Shown: one piece after another, positions 60,591-64,000 of the stretch
Layout of the letters: each line of letters opens with the position of its first letter
How positions within the stretch are numbered: position 1 is the stretch's first letter
NCBI RefSeq assembly: GCF_006345805.1
Contig: NC_043005.1
Location: forward strand, 34,658,001-34,722,000
DNA length: 64,000 nucleotides
Source: Octopus sinensis
Taxonomy: Eukaryota
Direction of reading: 5' to 3'
The notes under the pieces: model-generated
The model's input: only the letters and a program-made list of their open reading frames with translations
What the model was told of the DNA's origin: nothing
The model's database searches: none
Made by a program: the position numbers and the translations under genes

Positions 60591-63225
60591 GACGTAGTCA
60601 GTCCTGTGCATACCTTCCTTCTTGTGACACTTATGAAGACCTGTTGAGGCAAGTGAAAATCAAATCAAATCAAAACAAATCAAAATAGATGAACATCAGT
60701 GGAATTGTATTCTTTGTGGTACCAGTGCCGGTGGCACACAAGAAAACCACCCAAACGTGGCCGTAACCAGTACCGCATGGGCACAACAAACACCATCCGA
60801 TCGTGGCCGTTCGCCAGCCTCATCTGGCACCTGTGCCGGTGGCACATAAAGACACCATCCGAAGACCCGGCGACGTAGTCAGTCCACCTGTGCATACCTT
60901 CCCTCTTATGACACTTGTGAAGACCTGTTGAGGCAAGTGTGTGACACTTGTGAAGACCTGTTGAGGCAAGTGAAAATCAAACCAAATCAAAATAGATGAA
61001 TATCATGGAATTTGTATCTTTGTGGTTCCAGTACCGGTGGCACACAAGAAAACCATCCGAAGTGGCCGTAGCTGGTACCGCATCGACTGGCCTCCGTGCT
61101 GTGGGCACAACAAACACCATCTGATCGTGGCCGTTCGCCAGCCTCACCTGGCACCTGTGTCGGTGGCACATAAAAACACCATCCAAAGACCCGGCGACGT
61201 AGTCAGTCCACCTGTGCATACCTTCCCTCTTATGACACTTGTGAAGACCTGTTGAGGCAGAGGCAAGTGTGTGACACTTTGTGAAGACCTGTTGAGGCAG
61301 AGGCAAGTGTGTGACACTTGTGGAGACCTGTTGAGGCAAGTGTGTGACACGCGTGACACTTGTGAAGACCTGTTGAGGCAAGTGAAAATCAAACCAAATC
61401 AAAATAGATGAACATCAATGGAATTGGTATCTTTGTGGTTCCAGTACCGGTGGCACACAAGAAAACCATCCGATCGTGGCCGTTCGCCAGCCACATCTGG
61501 CACCTGTGTCGGTGGCACATAAAGACACCATCCGAAGACCCGGCGACGCAGACAGTCCACCTGTGCATACCTTCCTTCTTGTGACACTTGTGAAGACCTG
61601 TTGAGGCAAGTGACACTTGTGAAGACCTGTTGAGGCAAGTGAAAATCAAATCAAATCAAAACAAATCAAAATAGATGAACATAAATGGAATTTGTATCTT
61701 TGTGGTACCAGTGCCGGTGGCACACAAGAAAATCATCCGAACGTGGCCGTAGCCAGTACCGCATAGACTGGCCTCCGTGCTTTGGGGACGTAACAAACAC
61801 CATCCGATCGTGGCCGTCCGCCAGCCTCATCTGGCACCTGTGTCGGTGGCACATAAAAACACCATCCGAGCGTGGCCGTCTGCCAGCCTCGTCTGGCACC
61901 TGCCAGCCTCATCTGGCACCTGTGTCGGTGGCACATAAAAACACCATACCATCCGATCGTGGCCGTTCGCCAGCCTCATCTGGCACCTGTGCCGGTGGCA
62001 CATAAAGACACCATCCGAAGACCCGGCGACGTAGTCAGTCCACCTGTGCATACCTTCCCTCTTATGACACTTGTGAAGACCTGTTGAGGCAAGTGTGTGA
62101 CACTTGTGAAGACCTGTTGAGGCAAGTGAAAATCAAACCAAATCAAAATAGATGAATATCAATGGAATTTGTATCTTTGTGGTTCCAGTACCGGTGGCAC
62201 ACAAGAAAACCATCCGAAGTGGCCGTAGCTGGTACCGCATCGACTGGCCTCCGTGCTGTGGGCACAACAAACACCATCTGATCGTGGCCGTTCGCCAGCC
62301 TCACTGGCACCTGTGTCGGTGGCACATAAAAACACCATCCAAAGACCCGGCGACGTAGTCAGTCCACCTGTGCATACCTTCCCTCTTATGACACTTGTGA
62401 AGACCTGTTGAGGCAGAGGCAAGTGTGTGACACTTTGTGAAGACCTGTTGAGGCAGAGGCAAGTGTGTGACACTTGTGGAGACCTGTTGAGGCAAGTGTG
62501 TGACACGCGTGACACTTGTGAAGACCTGTTGAGGCAAGTGAAAATCAAACCAAATCAAAATAGATGAACATCAATGGAATTTGTATCTTTGTGGTTCCAG
62601 TACCGGTGGCACACAAGAAAACCATCCGATCGTGGCCGTTCGCCAGCCACATCTGGCACCTGTGTCGGTGGCACATAAAGACACCATCCGAAGACCCGGC
62701 GACACAGACAGTCCACCTGTGCATACCTTCCTTCTTGTGACACTTGTGAAGACCTGTTGAGGCAAGTGACACTTGTGAAGACCTGTTGAGGCAAGTGAAA
62801 ATCAAATCAAATCAAAACAAATCAAAATAGATGAACATAAATGGAATTTGTATCTTTGTGGTACCAGTGCCGGTGGCACACAAGAAAATCATCCGAACGT
62901 GGCCGTAGCCAGTACCGCATAGACTGGCCTCCGTGCTTTGGGGACGTAACAAACACCATCCGATCGTGGCCGTCCGCCAGCCTCATCTGGCACCTGTGTC
63001 GGTGGCACATAAAAACACCATCCGAGCGTGGCCGTCTGCCAGCCTCGTCTGGCACCTGCCAGCCTCATCTGGCACCTGTGTCGGTGGCACATAAAAACAC
63101 CATCCGAGCGTGGCCGTCTGCCAGCCTCGTCTGGCACCTGTGTCGGTGGCACATAAAAACACCATCCGAGCGTGGCCGTTCGCCAGCCTCGTCTGGCACC
63201 TGTGTCGGTGGCACATAAAATCACC
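60591..63225 (+). repeat. Complex satellite: 7 monomer starts and two 1156-bp higher-order copies (60792-61947, 61948-63103)
   Basis: gac(g/a)(t/c)ag(t/a)cagtcc at 60591, 60872, 61196, 61545, 62028, 62352, 62701; spacings 281, 324, 349, 483, 324, 349. Confidence 0.97.
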
Positions 63226-63391
63226 CACTACACTCTCGGAGTGGTTGGCGTTAGGAAGGGCATCCAGCTGTAGAAACACTGCCAGATCTGACTGGCCTGG
63301 TGCAGCCTTCGGGCTCCCCAGACCCCAGTTGAACCGTCCAACCCATGCTAGCATGGAGAACGGACGCTAAATGATGATGATGATGATGATG

Positions 63392-63393
<2 letters not shown>

Positions 63394-63427
<34 letters not shown>

Positions 63428-63628
63428 AAATTTTGTGTGTTTCTGTTTGTCCGCCCACCATCGCTTGAAAACCAATGCTGGTATCTTTAGGTTGCTGTAA
63501 CTTAGCAGTTTGGCAAAACAAACTGATAGAGTAAGTACTAGGCTTACAAAAAATAAGTCCTGGGGTTGGTTTCTTCAACTAAAACCCTTTAATGGCTGCA
63601 GTCAAATGACTGAAACAAATAAAAGAAT
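63394..63628 (+). mobile_element. SINE family C 3' half
   Basis: (TA)n then tttgtccgcccaccatcgcttg...taagtactaggcttacaaa...tgactgaaacaaataaaaga. Confidence 0.88.
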
Positions 63629-63699
63629 ATATATAAATGCACACACACACATATATATATATAATAGTGGCTGATAGCTGTAGAGGAGCTTTGTCAGTA

Positions 63700-63890
63700 A
63701 TCATCATCATCATTTAATGTTTGACCAGGGCTGCACCAGACTTCTGATTTGGCATGGTTTCTACAGCTGGAAGCTTTTCCTAATGCCAACCACTCCAAGA
63801 GTGTAATATGTGCTTTTACATGTCACTGGCATGGGTGCTAGTTGTGTGACACCAGTATCTGCTATGAGTACTATTTCACTTTCTGCAACT
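63700..63890 (-). mobile_element. Family B element (partly deleted)
   Basis: catcatcatttaatg...ctacagctggaagcttttcctaatgccaaccactcc. Confidence 0.75.
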
Positions 63891-64000
63891 TCGCAAAGGT
63901 CTTTGAGCGGGTATCACCATGACAACTTTCTCTGTCATGGTCAATGTGATGATCACATGCTACACACCTTCCATCCAAGTACTGCTATAAACAGCAGAAG

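Larger units (their letters stand above)
60136..63393 (+). mobile_element. 5'-truncated RTE-clade LINE with hugely expanded 3' UTR and (GAT)n tail
   Basis: RTE C-terminal frame, modular UTR, terminus gtggttggcgttaggaagggcatccagc...aaatgatgatgat; (TA)n on both flanks. Confidence 0.92.

Noticed and set aside
60640-60660. ctgttgaggcaagtgaaa as a satellite hammerhead core
   Set aside because: CUGUUGA lacks the invariant A6, no stem II forms, and there is no stem I/III partner
60591-63225. CRISPR-like repeat/spacer appearance
   Set aside because: Intervening sequences are themselves repeated rather than unique spacers, there are no cas genes, and the array lies inside a eukaryotic LINE 3' UTR
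60680-63354. Numerous repetitive ORFs (CHRHRCQ, VTHLPLPQQV)
   Set aside because: Translations of the GC-rich satellite in all frames, downstream of the RTE stop

Overview
AT-rich, microsatellite-dense eukaryotic genomic DNA. It is very probably octopus (coleoid cephalopod), inferred from the tRNA-derived SINE families and the repeat landscape. No complete gene, rRNA, true tRNA gene or CRISPR array can be supported. Most of the window is transposable elements. These include five SINE-like families (my labels A-E), non-LTR retrotransposon remnants (R4/Dong, Tx1, RTE, Penelope, an Ingi/I-like zinc knuckle), Tc1/mariner and maT remnants, hAT and piggyBac-type MITEs, and several long fold-back hairpins. 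The main oddities are: (1) two diverged, mutually homologous exon-like segments pointing away from each other 400 bp apart (19535-19680 minus, 20079-20180 plus); (2) a 5'-truncated RTE LINE whose 3' UTR has expanded into a modular satellite with a 1156-bp higher-order repeat, all nested in the (TA)n spacer of one SINE; (3) two Penelope-type minimal hammerhead ribozyme motifs, one behind a tRNA-like head; (4) a Tx1 family that appears to target (TATC)n, plus a SINE carrying its 3' tail. All coordinates were read by eye (repeat edges about +/-10 bp). Family names come from motif recognition, not database searches.
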